A stretch of 64,000 nt of DNA from Gemmatimonadales bacterium (GTDB lineage Bacteria; Gemmatimonadota; Gemmatimonadetes; Gemmatimonadales; GWC2-71-9): assembly GCA_036556625.1 (NCBI GenBank), contig DATBJC010000020.1:14587-78586 (forward strand), written 5' to 3'. A model generated the notes under the pieces. It did not search any database, was not told the origin of the DNA, and saw nothing but the letters and a program-made list of their open reading frames with translations. Shown in pieces: positions 1 through 9,178 of the stretch. Position numbers and translations under genes: made by a program. The number at the start of each line of letters is the position of its first letter. The stretch's first letter is position 1.

Positions 1-434
1 TCCAGATGCCGACCATCGACGAGCGCCTGATCAAGACGGGCAGGGTGCGCTGGCGTTATCGCGACTTCCCGTTGCAGCAGCACCAATTCGCCCGGCTGGC
101 AGCACACTCCGCGGCCTGCGCCGACGAGCAAGGCAAGTACTGGGAGCAGCACGATCGCATCTACGAGGGCCAGTCGGACTGGGCGGCCTCGCGGGACGCC
201 GGAGATCACTTCCGCGAGTACGCGCAGGGTAACGGACTGGACCTCGGCCGCTACGACGAGTGCATGCAGTCGGGGAAGTACGCCGGCAGGATCCAGGCGA
301 GCCTGGAGGAAGGTACCCGGGCAGGCGTCAGCTCCACGCCTACGCTCCTGGTGGGCGACCGGCTCTATCAGGGACGGATCGATTCCGACGCCATCCGGCG
401 GCTGGTGGACTCTATGGCCCCGGTCACTCCATGA
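1..434 (+). CDS. DsbA-like thioredoxin-fold oxidoreductase, C-terminal portion (gene starts upstream of window)
   Basis: The frame is open to base 1. The sequence (KYWEQHDRIY...GVSSTPTLLVGDRLYQG) looks like the C-terminal half of DsbA-family proteins. No CxxC is present, so the catalytic N-terminus lies outside the window. Confidence 0.65.
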   Translation, partial: QMPTIDERLIKTGRVRWRYRDFPLQQHQFARLAAHSAACADEQGKYWEQHDRIYEGQSDWAASRDAGDHFREYAQGNGLDLGRYDECMQSGKYAGRIQASLEEGTRAGVSSTPTLLVGDRLYQGRIDSDAIRRLVDSMAPVTP

Positions 435-475
435 GCGACGGGGGGGACCCGGCGTGGCGGCGCGGGAACGGCTGA

Positions 476-2410
476 GTGTCGTCCACCCACACCCACGCGC
501 CGCCCACCGGCAAGGCGCTGGCGGCGCTGGCCTTCACTGCGCTGGGCGTGGTGTACGGCGACATCGGCACCAGCCCGCTGTACGCCATCAAGGAGTGCTT
601 CAGCGGACACCATAGCGTCGCTCCCAGCCGGGAGAACGTGATCGGCGTCCTCTCCCTCATCTTCTGGTCCATCAACTTCATCGTCTCGTTCAAGTACATC
701 GGAGTAGTCCTGCGGGCCGATAATCGCGGGGAGGGAGGAATCTTCGCCCTCTTGGGACAAGTGCGCCCGCACGCGCGGCCCGACGCGCCGCGAACCATAC
801 TCATCATGCTCGGGCTGTTCGGGGCCGCGCTGCTCTACGGGGACGGAATCATCACGCCGGCGATCTCCGTGCTCGGCGCCGTCGAAGGCCTCTCCGTGGC
901 AGCGCCCGCGTTGAGCCACTGGGTGTGGCCGATCGCGGCCCTGATACTCACGGCCCTCTTCGCGCTGCAGAAGCATGGAACCGCGAAGATCGGCAACATG
1001 TTCGGGCCAGTCATGACGGTCTGGTTCAGCACCATCGCCATCCTGGGAGTGCGGGGAATCCTGATGGCGCCGGAGGTCCTCAAGGCGGTGAACCCCTGGT
1101 ACGCGCTGGAGTTCTTCATTCGGGACGGGATTCAGGCCTTTCTGATACTGGGCTCGGTGGTGCTGGTAGTGACTGGGGCCGAGGCACTTTACGCCGACAT
1201 GGGCCACTTCGGGCGCCGGCCGATCCGAGTGACCTGGTTCGCCGTGGTCCTTCCCTGTCTCCTCATCAACTATTTCGGCCAGTCGGCACTGCTGTTGGTC
1301 TCACCCGACAGCAGTGGCAATCCTTTTTTCTCCCTGGTCCCGACGTGGGCCCTCTATCCCATGATCGGCATCGCCACGGCGGCGGCCATCGTCGCGTCGC
1401 AAGCCCTCATCTCCGGTGCGTTCTCGCTCACCCGGCAGGCCGTTCAGCTGGGCTACATCCCGCGAGTGACCATCGTCCACACGTCCAGTACCCAGATGGG
1501 ACAGATCTATATCCCGGAAGTGAACTGGGGGCTGTGGCTCGGCTGCGTCGCATTGGTCCTCGGATTTCAGAACTCGAGCAATCTCGCGGCCGCCTACGGC
1601 GTGGCGGTCACCGGGACGATGCTCATCACTACCCTTCTCCTCCACACGGTCGCCTGCGAACACTGGGGATGGCCTCACTGGCGGGCGCGGGCGCTCACAG
1701 CCCTGCTCCTGATCGTGGACGTGGCCTTCTTCAGTGCGAACGTTATCAAGGTGGAGGAGGGAGGGTGGTTCCCGATCGTGGTGGGCGTCGGGATGTACCT
1801 GGTCATGACGACCTGGAACCGCGGTCGCGCGCGGCTGCAGGCCATCGTTCGGGAGAACACGCTGGAGATGGATCTCTTCCTCTCGGATGTCTCCCGGCGG
1901 CAGCCGCCGCGGGTGCCCGGTACCGCGGTGTTCCTGACCTCCAACATCGGGGGCGCGCCGCCGGTGCTGCTGCACCATCTCAAGCACAACAAGGTGCTGC
2001 ACGAGAAGGTCATTCTGATGTCGGTGGTGACGGAGGAGATCCCGCTGGTGGATGAGGACGAGCGGGTGGAATGCAAGGAGCTGGGCCAGGGATTCTTCAA
2101 GGTGGTGGCCCACTACGGCTTCATGGAGTCTCCCGATATTCCCCAGGCACTCGCCAGCCTGGGCAGCGCGGGCAACGGCCGCCCGGTGGAGATCAAGGCC
2201 ATGGAGACCAGCTTCTTCCTCGGTCGCGAGACGCTGATCGTGTCGCGGAACGCGCGGGTTCAGGTGCCGAGCCCCGACACTATCGGCCGCATGTCCATGT
2301 GGCGAAAACGGCTCTTCGTTCTCATGACCCGCAACGCCCGCTCGGCCACTGCATTCTTCGGGCTGCCGCCCAATCGCGTGGTGGAGCTCGGGGCGCAGAT
2401 ACAGTTTTAG
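476..2410 (+). CDS. kup: KUP/HAK/KT family potassium uptake transporter
   Basis: 644 aa with a GTG start. It has the N-terminal hallmark GVVYGDIGTSPLY, a multi-TM core and a cytoplasmic C-terminal domain, at typical Kup length. Confidence 0.93.
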   Translation: MSSTHTHAPPTGKALAALAFTALGVVYGDIGTSPLYAIKECFSGHHSVAPSRENVIGVLSLIFWSINFIVSFKYIGVVLRADNRGEGGIFALLGQVRPHARPDAPRTILIMLGLFGAALLYGDGIITPAISVLGAVEGLSVAAPALSHWVWPIAALILTALFALQKHGTAKIGNMFGPVMTVWFSTIAILGVRGILMAPEVLKAVNPWYALEFFIRDGIQAFLILGSVVLVVTGAEALYADMGHFGRRPIRVTWFAVVLPCLLINYFGQSALLLVSPDSSGNPFFSLVPTWALYPMIGIATAAAIVASQALISGAFSLTRQAVQLGYIPRVTIVHTSSTQMGQIYIPEVNWGLWLGCVALVLGFQNSSNLAAAYGVAVTGTMLITTLLLHTVACEHWGWPHWRARALTALLLIVDVAFFSANVIKVEEGGWFPIVVGVGMYLVMTTWNRGRARLQAIVRENTLEMDLFLSDVSRRQPPRVPGTAVFLTSNIGGAPPVLLHHLKHNKVLHEKVILMSVVTEEIPLVDEDERVECKELGQGFFKVVAHYGFMESPDIPQALASLGSAGNGRPVEIKAMETSFFLGRETLIVSRNARVQVPSPDTIGRMSMWRKRLFVLMTRNARSATAFFGLPPNRVVELGAQIQF

Positions 2411-2413
2411 GGA

Positions 2414-2637
2414 GGCGGACGGTGGACGGTGGACGGTGGACGGGTCAGCGGCCGGTCAGCAAGCGCGTCATCCCGAGCGCAGCGAGGGATCGGCTCGCCA
2501 CTCGTTCGGATACCGAGCCTCACGCTCTGCACGAACCCCTCGAATACGCACCCTCGTCCGCCTGCCCGCCCCTCCGCAGTCCGCCAGTCCGCCAGTCCGC
2601 CACTCGCCCGACCGCCGTCCACCGTCCACCGTCCGCC
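2414..2637. repeat. MITE-like inverted-repeat element built from short tandem repeats, enclosing a REP-like palindrome
   Basis: GGCGGACGGTGGACGGTGGACGG at 2414-2436 has its perfect 23-nt reverse complement at 2615-2637. The interior holds GTCATCCCGAGCGCAGCGAGGGATC (2467-2491) and (CAGTCCGC)x3 at 2577-2600. It lies in the 505-nt kup/STAS intergenic gap. Confidence 0.6.
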
Positions 2638-2914
2638 CGTCCGCCCGTCCTCCGTCCGCCGTCTATCGCAGCACACTCTCGCGGACTGCGACGCAAGCGG
2701 TCGCATCCGCTCGATGCAGCCGGCGACAAGTGTGGCGGCGGATTCGGGTTACCGCGCATGGCATCGGACTCGCCTTCTCCTGGGCCTGCCGCGACACAAC
2801 CGTCCGGCGAGGCGTCGATCCGCCCGATAAGAGCACACCCGGAGTGATCCGGGGCCGCAAAACTTGAGGTCTCACCGGACGAGGGTGAGATAGCTCGGTG
2901 CCGAAGGAGGATGG

Positions 2915-3229
2915 ATGAGAACCCCGCAGGAGGCGCAGCGCGGCCTGTCCGCGCCCGATACCCTCGGGCTGGAGTCCCGAGTCGAGATCCGCGAGGCAGC
3001 CACCCAGCTGCTGAAGGACATGCCCGAAGGAACCGGGCGGCTGGTCATCGACCTCGGCAACACCCGCCACATCGATTCCGCCGGCCTCGGCGCGCTGATG
3101 CTGATCCAGCGCACCGCCGCCGAGCGCCGCCAGACGGTGGTGCTCCGCAATCCCAGCGAGGAGATCCGGTTCCTCCTCCTCCTCACCAAGCTGTACGATC
3201 TCTTCCAGATCGAATTGGAGGAGAGCTGA
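2915..3229 (+). CDS. STAS-domain protein (anti-sigma-factor antagonist, SpoIIAA-like)
   Basis: 104 aa with AAGGAGG 5 nt upstream of the ATG. The 'LVIDLGNTRHIDSAGLGALMLIQR' block is the typical STAS core. Confidence 0.8.
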   Translation: MRTPQEAQRGLSAPDTLGLESRVEIREAATQLLKDMPEGTGRLVIDLGNTRHIDSAGLGALMLIQRTAAERRQTVVLRNPSEEIRFLLLLTKLYDLFQIELEES

Positions 3230-3345
3230 GCGAGTGCTCCGCCCCCTCGTCCCTGCCGCTATGGACGGGTCCGCCACGATTCGTTAGTGTACCCCCCTGG
3301 CGTCCCTCTCCTTAACCGCGGTGCCTCCCGGCACCGGTTCGCGGG

Positions 3346-3723
3346 GTGCGAGGCATGACCCAGGCGACCCGCCGCCGGCGGGTGCTCATCGTGGAGGACG
3401 AGCCGGCGCTGCGGCTCAGCTACGACCGGGCCTTCCGGCCCAGGTACGATCTGGCGTTCGCCACCAACGGTGCCGAGGCGCTGGAACAGCTGGAACAGCA
3501 TCAGCCGGACGTCGCCGTCCTCGATATGCGCCTGCCCGATACCGACGGGATCGAGCTGCTGCGCCGTATTCGGGTGACCCATCCCGATCTCCCGGTCATC
3601 ATCACGACTGCCTATCTCAGCATCGAGCCGCAGCTCAAGGTGCTGGACCTGCCCCACTCCGGATACATCGTCAAACCCTTTCGACTCGACGAGCTCGGCG
3701 CCCGCATCGATGCCGTCATCTGA
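3346..3723 (+). CDS. Stand-alone response-regulator receiver domain (CheY-like)
   Basis: 'RVLIVEDEP...DVAVLDMRLPDTDGIELL...VIITTAY...GYIVKPF' has the acidic pocket, phospho-acceptor Asp and conserved Lys of REC domains. There is no output domain. An alternative start lies at 3355. Confidence 0.85.
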   Translation: MRGMTQATRRRRVLIVEDEPALRLSYDRAFRPRYDLAFATNGAEALEQLEQHQPDVAVLDMRLPDTDGIELLRRIRVTHPDLPVIITTAYLSIEPQLKVLDLPHSGYIVKPFRLDELGARIDAVI

Positions 3724-4438
3724 CGGCGCCGACGGCTCCGTCCTGCTCGAGGCCCGAGGGCTGCGCCGCTCCTTCGGCCGGGCCCCAGTGCTCCGGGGCG
3801 TAGATCTCCGGGTGGACCCGGGCGAGGCGGTGGCGGTGGCTGGGCCCAACGGCGCGGGCAAGACCACGCTGCTCCGGCTGCTCGCCGGACTCATGCGGCC
3901 CGACGCTGGCGAGGTCCGAGTGCTGGGCCGTCCGGTTCGGGGCGAGGACGGCGCGGGACGGCGACCGATCGGGTTCGTGGCGCACCAATCGCTGCTCTAC
4001 GACGACCTCTCGCTGGCGCAGAACCTCACCTTCGCCGCTCGACTGTACGGCCTGCCCCGGCCCGCCGAAGCAGCCCGGGCGGCGCTCGAGGCGGCGGGCC
4101 TCGCGGCTCGGGGCGACGACTCGCCCCGGCGACTGAGTCGAGGGCTCACCCAGCGGACGGCGATCGCGCGGGCGCTGCTGCACCAGCCCCGGCTCCTGCT
4201 GCTCGACGAGCCGTTCACGGCGTTGGATGCCGGGTCGGCGGAGCGCCTCCGCGCGGAGCTGGCCCGACGCCTGGCCGCGGGACTCGGCATGGTGATCGTG
4301 ACCCACCGGCTGGGCGAGGTCTGGGGCCTCGTGACCCGGGTGGCCGTCCTGGTCGAGGGCGAGTGGGCCTGCGACGAGCGGCGGAGCGGTTCGTTGGAGG
4401 CGTTCCTTCCTCGGTATCACGGGTTGGTCGGTGCCTGA
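3710..4438 (+). CDS. ccmA: Heme exporter ABC ATPase CcmA
   Basis: Walker A GPNGAGKTTLL, signature LSRGLTQR and Walker B LLLDEP are present. It is followed directly by ccmB/C/D. The start overlaps the receiver gene by 14 nt. Confidence 0.8.
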   Translation: MPSSDGADGSVLLEARGLRRSFGRAPVLRGVDLRVDPGEAVAVAGPNGAGKTTLLRLLAGLMRPDAGEVRVLGRPVRGEDGAGRRPIGFVAHQSLLYDDLSLAQNLTFAARLYGLPRPAEAARAALEAAGLAARGDDSPRRLSRGLTQRTAIARALLHQPRLLLLDEPFTALDAGSAERLRAELARRLAAGLGMVIVTHRLGEVWGLVTRVAVLVEGEWACDERRSGSLEAFLPRYHGLVGA

Positions 4439-5111
4439 CACCATCCGACTCGCGCTCGCCATCGCGGGCAAGGACATCCGCGCGGAGCTGAGGAGCCGCA
4501 CCGCGCTCCTGTCCGCGGTGGTCTTCGCGGCGCTGGTGCTGGTGGTCTTCAACTTCGCGCGCGATCCCACCGCGATCGCGGCGGTGGACCTGGCCCCCAG
4601 CGTGCTCTGGGTGACCTTCGCGCTGGCCTCGATGGTGGCCCTCAACCGGGCCTTCACCATCGAGGGAGAGAACGGCGCGCTCGACGGGCTCCTGCTGGCG
4701 CCGGTGCCGCGGGGGGCCGTGTTCCTCGGCAAGCTGCTGGCCAATCTGGCGTTCGTCGGCACCGTCGAGGCGGTGACCTTGCCGCTGTTCGTGCTGTTTT
4801 TCAACGTGGACTTGGGGCGGGCGCTGCCCGGCATCGTCGGAGTGACGGCACTGGCCACCGTGGGGTTCGTTGCGGTGGGGACCATCTTCAGCGCCATGGC
4901 GGTCCGCACCCGGTTCGCCGAGCTGATGCTGCCGGTCCTGCTGCTGCCGTTCATGGTCCCGCCGCTCATCGGCGCCGTCCAGGTCACGTCCCGGCTGCTC
5001 GCCGGCCGTTCGTTGAGCGAGATGATGGGCTGGCTTAGGTTACTCACCCTCTATGATCTGGTGTTCGTGACCCTCTGTACCATGGCCTTCGCCGCGGTAG
5101 TCGAGGAATGA
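4431..5111 (+). CDS. ccmB: Heme exporter permease CcmB
   Basis: 226-aa six-TM protein between ccmA and ccmC. Its GTG start overlaps the ccmA stop (GTGCCTGA). Confidence 0.8.
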   Translation: MPDTIRLALAIAGKDIRAELRSRTALLSAVVFAALVLVVFNFARDPTAIAAVDLAPSVLWVTFALASMVALNRAFTIEGENGALDGLLLAPVPRGAVFLGKLLANLAFVGTVEAVTLPLFVLFFNVDLGRALPGIVGVTALATVGFVAVGTIFSAMAVRTRFAELMLPVLLLPFMVPPLIGAVQVTSRLLAGRSLSEMMGWLRLLTLYDLVFVTLCTMAFAAVVEE

Positions 5112-5806
5112 CCGGCATGACGGCGGCCCGGGCACTGGTGCGCCGGGGATCGGTCATTACCGCGGTGGCGCTCCTCGGACTCTGCGGCGTGTACGCGCTC
5201 GCCATCGGGTATACCCCGATCGAGGCGAGACAGGGAGTGGCGCAGAAGATCTTCTACCTGCACGTCCCTGCTGCATGGAGCGCGCTGATGGCCTTTTCGC
5301 TGGTCGGCATCTGCGGCGGGCTCTATCTCTGGCTCAAGGATCGGCGGCTGGACCGGTTCGCCGCCTCTTCCGCCGAAGTGGGCGTAGCCTTCGCCGTCGT
5401 GATGCTCACCACCGGGCCCATCTGGGCCAAGCCGATCTGGGGAACCTGGTGGACCTGGGACGCCCGGCTCACGCTGACGCTCTTCCTCTTCTTCCTGTTC
5501 ATCGGCTACCTGGCCCTGCGCGCCGCGCTGCACGATCCCTCGGAGCGGGCCCGCTTCAGCGCCGTGGTGGGCATCCTGGGCCTGCTGCTGGTCCCCTTCA
5601 TTCATCTCAGCGTGTACCTCTTCCGCACGCTGCACCCGCAGCCGATCGTGCTCAAGCCGAGCGCGCCCTCGCTGCCGCCGGAGATGCTCCGGACCCTCCT
5701 CATCTCGCTCGCCGTGTTCAGTCTGCTCTACATCGGACTGGTGACCATCCGCTACGGGCTGGCCCTGGCGGAGGATGAGCGGGAGGCGATGGCCGATGCC
5801 GCCTGA
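5108..5806 (+). CDS. ccmC: Heme exporter protein CcmC
   Basis: It carries the WWD motif 'WGTWWTWDARLT' characteristic of CcmC/CcmF heme-handling proteins. There is an ATGA overlap with ccmB. Confidence 0.87.
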   Translation: MTGMTAARALVRRGSVITAVALLGLCGVYALAIGYTPIEARQGVAQKIFYLHVPAAWSALMAFSLVGICGGLYLWLKDRRLDRFAASSAEVGVAFAVVMLTTGPIWAKPIWGTWWTWDARLTLTLFLFFLFIGYLALRAALHDPSERARFSAVVGILGLLLVPFIHLSVYLFRTLHPQPIVLKPSAPSLPPEMLRTLLISLAVFSLLYIGLVTIRYGLALAEDEREAMADAA

Positions 5807-5942
5807 GAACGCCGGCTACATGGTCGCGGCGTACGTGGTCACCGCCGTGATTCTGGGAGGATACGCGGTCGGTTTGTGGGTGCGAGCGAGGAAGGCGATT
5901 GCGGCAGGACAGCGGGACGGCGAGACGGCGGGACGGCGGTAA
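5796..5942 (+). CDS. ccmD: Small single-TM protein, probable heme exporter protein CcmD (below the ORF-track size cutoff)
   Basis: Hand-translated 48 aa: MPPENAGYMVAAYVVTAVILGGYAVGLWVRARKAIAAGQRDGETAGRR. It has one TM helix followed by basic residues, and its ATG overlaps the ccmC stop. This position and size are canonical for CcmD. Confidence 0.55.
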   Translation: MPPENAGYMVAAYVVTAVILGGYAVGLWVRARKAIAAGQRDGETAGRR

Positions 5943-5976
5943 GGGAACGAAATGCTCCTGGCCGCTGACCGCCGTC
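5932..5976 (+). terminator. Hairpin between convergent ccmD and aquaporin genes
   Basis: GACGGCGGT (5932-5940) pairs with ACCGCCGTC (5968-5976). A T-rich run TAACTTTTCTCCCCTTTC follows. Confidence 0.4.
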
Positions 5977-6656
5977 TAACTTTTCTCCCCTTTCAACAAC
6001 ACATACTCCCACAGCACCGCCGCCAGCACGCCTCCGATGATCGGGCCCACCCAGTAGACCGCATGGGCCACCCACTGGCCCGACACCAGCGCCGGGCCGA
6101 AGGCCCGGGCGGGATTCACCGCCGCGCCGGTGAGCGGCCCTCCCACCAGGACGTCGAACATCAAGGCCAGACCGATGCCGAAACCGCCGACTCGAGGTGC
6201 GGCCGGGTTGACGCAGGTGCCGAACACGGCGGAGACCAGGAAGAACGCCATCACCGCTTCCAGCATCATCGCCTGGTGAAACTGGATGCTGTTGGCGATG
6301 GCCGGCGTGCCGAGGGATATGGAACGGAGGATGCCGGGCGGGTAGACCATCTTGATCAGCCACGCGGCCAGCACCGCGCCGAGCAGCTGCGCCACGATGT
6401 ACCCGGCGGCGCTCCGGACATCGGTGCGCCGCGCGGCCAGGATGCCCAGTGTCACCGCGGGGTTCAGGTGTCCGCCGGAGATGCCCATGAGCGCGGTCAC
6501 CATCACGCCCATCACCAGCCCGTGTGCCAGGGCGATGCCGAGGATCCCGTAGCTCGCGTTGGGGAAACTCATGGTGGCCACCGACGCGACGCCGATGAAC
6601 ACCAGCGCAAAGGTACCCAACAGCTCGGCGAGCGTGCGGCGAAGAAGCGACGGCAT
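5976..6656 (-). CDS. MIP-family aquaporin/glycerol-facilitator channel
   Basis: 226 aa with two NPA boxes (GGHLNPAVT and AAVNPARAF) and six TM segments. Only the last third of the 630-aa track ORF is real; the ATG is at 6654-6656. Confidence 0.9.
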   Translation of the reverse strand: MPSLLRRTLAELLGTFALVFIGVASVATMSFPNASYGILGIALAHGLVMGVMVTALMGISGGHLNPAVTLGILAARRTDVRSAAGYIVAQLLGAVLAAWLIKMVYPPGILRSISLGTPAIANSIQFHQAMMLEAVMAFFLVSAVFGTCVNPAAPRVGGFGIGLALMFDVLVGGPLTGAAVNPARAFGPALVSGQWVAHAVYWVGPIIGGVLAAVLWEYVLLKGEKS

Positions 6657-6694
6657 CAATGATCTCCGTGTGAGGTCGGCAACCGGCGGCGAAT

Positions 6695-7936
6695 CTAGGC
6701 GTCCGCCTTCCGAAATACCAGCGCGGCATTGATGCCCCCGAACCCGAACGAGTTGCTCACCATGTAGTCGGGATCCAGGGGCCGTCCTTCGCCGGTGACG
6801 TGGTCGAGATCGCAGGCGGGATCGGGTGTCTCGAGGTTCACGGTCGGGGGGAACCAGCGCCGTCGGCTGGCGAGGGCGCAAATGGCCGCTTCGATCGCGC
6901 CGCTGGCGCCGAGGGCGTGGCCGTAGTACCCTTTGGTCCCGCTGAACGCCAGGCGATAGGCGTGCTCCCCGAAGACCTGCTTGACCGACGAGGTCTCGGT
7001 CGGGTCGTTCAGCGGGGTAGACGAGCCGTGGGCGTTGATGTATCCCACCTCCCCCGGCGAGACTCGGGCCTCCGCCAGGGCGTTCCGGATGCAGCGCGCC
7101 GCCTGGCTCCCGTCGGGGCGCGGCGCGGTCATGTGGTAGGCGTCGTTGGTGAGCCCGTAGCCGCACACCTCGGCATAGATCGGCCCGCCTCGGGCCAGCG
7201 CCCGGCTTCGCTCCTCCAGGATCAACACCGCGGACCCCTCGGACATGACGAACCCGTCGCGACCGGCATCGAACGGGCGGCTCGCCGTCCCCGGGTCGTC
7301 GTTGCGAGTGGACATGGCCCGGATGATGGCGAAGGCGCCGAAGCAAAGCGGCGCCAGCGGCGCCTCGGCCCCTCCGGCGACCATCACGTCGGCCTGGTCG
7401 CGGGCGATCGCACGAAACGCTTCCCCGATCGCGATCGCGCCCGAGGCGCAGCTCATCCCGTTGGTGGCGTTGGGGCCGGTGCAGCCGAATTCGATGGCGA
7501 TGTTGCAGCTGGCTGCGCCGGCGAACACGGTCAGCGCGAGCGCGGGGTCCACCGCGCGAGGCCCCTGGGTCAGGAAGTTGTTGTACTGCTGCTCTCCGTG
7601 TGCCACGCCCCCGAGTGCCGTCCCCATCATGGCCCCGACCCGATCGAGATCCTCGCGATGCAGGTCGAGGCTGGCATCCGCCAGGGCCATGCGGGTCGCG
7701 GCGATGCTGAACTGGGAATAGCGGTCCAGCCGTCGGGCGCGGCGCTCCTCGATGTGATCGGTGGGATGGAACCCGTCCACCTCGCCGGCGATGCGGGACT
7801 TGAAGACCGAAGGGTCGAACCGGGTGATGGCGCGGATGGCCGAATGCCGCCGGCGAAGCCCTTCCCACAGGCCCTCCACGCCGAGCCCGATCGGAGTGAC
7901 CGCGCCGATGCCGGTGATGACCACGCGGCGCGTCAT
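6695..7936 (-). CDS. Beta-ketoacyl synthase, KAS I/II (FabF/FabB-like)
   Basis: 413 aa starting 'RRVVITGIGAVTPIG'. It has the active-site Cys in 'MSCASGAIAIGEA' and the His-His pair in 'YHMTAP' and 'INAHGSSTPLND'. No ACP or partner subunit lies nearby. Confidence 0.9.
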   Translation of the reverse strand: MTRRVVITGIGAVTPIGLGVEGLWEGLRRRHSAIRAITRFDPSVFKSRIAGEVDGFHPTDHIEERRARRLDRYSQFSIAATRMALADASLDLHREDLDRVGAMMGTALGGVAHGEQQYNNFLTQGPRAVDPALALTVFAGAASCNIAIEFGCTGPNATNGMSCASGAIAIGEAFRAIARDQADVMVAGGAEAPLAPLCFGAFAIIRAMSTRNDDPGTASRPFDAGRDGFVMSEGSAVLILEERSRALARGGPIYAEVCGYGLTNDAYHMTAPRPDGSQAARCIRNALAEARVSPGEVGYINAHGSSTPLNDPTETSSVKQVFGEHAYRLAFSGTKGYYGHALGASGAIEAAICALASRRRWFPPTVNLETPDPACDLDHVTGEGRPLDPDYMVSNSFGFGGINAALVFRKADA

Positions 7937-8391
7937 GGACCGATCTCCACGTGTCGCTTGAGGCCGGCCAGCGTGCGCGACGCGATCCCGTGGATGAACA
8001 CCGGGCCGATCACCAGCTCCGCCGCGGCGCGGCCAACCAGGGGCCAGCGCGGACCCGACCAGTCGTGTACGATGGTGACCGCCGTGCTATCCCCCTCCGG
8101 AACGAACTGCCACACCACATCCATCCCCGCGGTGATGCCGCGAACGTGCCGGTAGTAGACCGCCGGCTCGGCGCGGTCCACCCGCATCTCGGAGACCCAC
8201 CAGGTGGGATAGCTGAGGAAGCCGAAGGGTCGCCAGGCCGCCATCTCGACCAGATCGCCGTCCGGGCGGCGCTCGAGCAGGCGCACCCAGCGGTAGTGGC
8301 TGAGCAGCGTGGGCCACCGCTCGACGTCCGCGGCGGCGGCGAACACCCGATCCAGAGGGGCGCGCATGCGGGTCTGGTCGACGGTCTTCAT
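7933..8391 (-). CDS. SRPBCC/START-fold protein (polyketide cyclase/lipid-binding superfamily)
   Basis: 'MKTVDQTRMRAPLDRVFAAAADVERWPTLLSHY' is a typical SRPBCC N-terminus. There is an ATGA overlap with the KAS gene. The track ORF extends to 8472, but the extension is low-complexity. Confidence 0.7.
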   Translation of the reverse strand: MKTVDQTRMRAPLDRVFAAAADVERWPTLLSHYRWVRLLERRPDGDLVEMAAWRPFGFLSYPTWWVSEMRVDRAEPAVYYRHVRGITAGMDVVWQFVPEGDSTAVTIVHDWSGPRWPLVGRAAAELVIGPVFIHGIASRTLAGLKRHVEIGP

Positions 8392-8452
8392 GCGGCGACG
8401 GTTTTCACCCTTCCCCCTTGCTTCGCTCGGGGTGGGGATGACAGATCGCGGT

Positions 8453-9178
8453 TCACGCCCGCCCCCCATCACTGGCCCGCGGCTCCGTCCGCCACGTCGC
8501 CACCAGCCGGTATCCGGGCCGGCGTGCGACCCCCGCGCGTACCCCCGCTTCCGCCAGCAGCGCCCGCAGCTCGCGAGCGGTATACCCTCGCCGGAGCGAG
8601 GTGAGCCCGTCCGCCATGGTGTGACGGTCGAACCGGAGCGCGTGTGCCCCCACCCGGAAGGCCACCGATCCCATGCCCCCCCGCCGCAGATCGGCCACGA
8701 TCACCCCGACCTTCGCCAGCCGGTCGGAGGTCCGCAGCAAGTGCACCGCAGAGTCGGGAGTGAAGTGGTGGACTACCTGGCTCAGCAGGACCAGGTCCAC
8801 CGACTTCTCCCGAATCGGAGGGGCGCCGGCGCAGGCGACCGCGCAGGGCACACCCGCGCGGGTCGCCATCGTCGCCGCGGTGCGGCTCAGCTCCAGGCCC
8901 ACGGGCCGCAGGACGTAGCCTCGGCGGGCCGCCCAGCGCACCGCCAATCGCGGCAGATCGCCCGCACCGGTCCCGAGGTCGAGCAAGGTCAGGGGGCGTG
9001 CTCGGGAGACGCCCTTCAGCAGCCGCGCCAATCCGTAGCGCACGGCGGCCCCGCCGCCGAACCAGCGGTTCGCGCGGGCCACGTTGCGGAGCGACCGGGC
9101 CACACTGGCGGGGTCGGCGGCCGGGTCGTCGAGCAGCTCCACGCCGACGGACGAGATGTGCAATCGAGGATCGGTCAT
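8453..9178 (-). CDS. Class I SAM-dependent methyltransferase
   Basis: It has motif I 'LLDLGTGAGDL' and post-I/II blocks. The start MTDPRLH at 9178 forms an ATGA overlap with the upstream gene. Confidence 0.8.
   Translation of the reverse strand: MTDPRLHISSVGVELLDDPAADPASVARSLRNVARANRWFGGGAAVRYGLARLLKGVSRARPLTLLDLGTGAGDLPRLAVRWAARRGYVLRPVGLELSRTAATMATRAGVPCAVACAGAPPIREKSVDLVLLSQVVHHFTPDSAVHLLRTSDRLAKVGVIVADLRRGGMGSVAFRVGAHALRFDRHTMADGLTSLRRGYTARELRALLAEAGVRAGVARRPGYRLVATWRTEPRASDGGRA

Noticed and set aside
2414-2660. Possible CRISPR array, because of the dense short repeats.
   Set aside because: The units are 7-8 nt and directly tandem, with no 25-40-nt spacers. The arrangement is an inverted repeat, and no cas genes are present.
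5976-7868. 630-aa track ORF spanning the aquaporin and running antisense through the KAS gene.
   Set aside because: Only the C-terminal 226 aa (from ATG 6656) form the MIP channel with two NPA boxes. The upstream 400 aa are Arg/Gly/Pro-rich and overlap the well-supported KAS gene in another frame.
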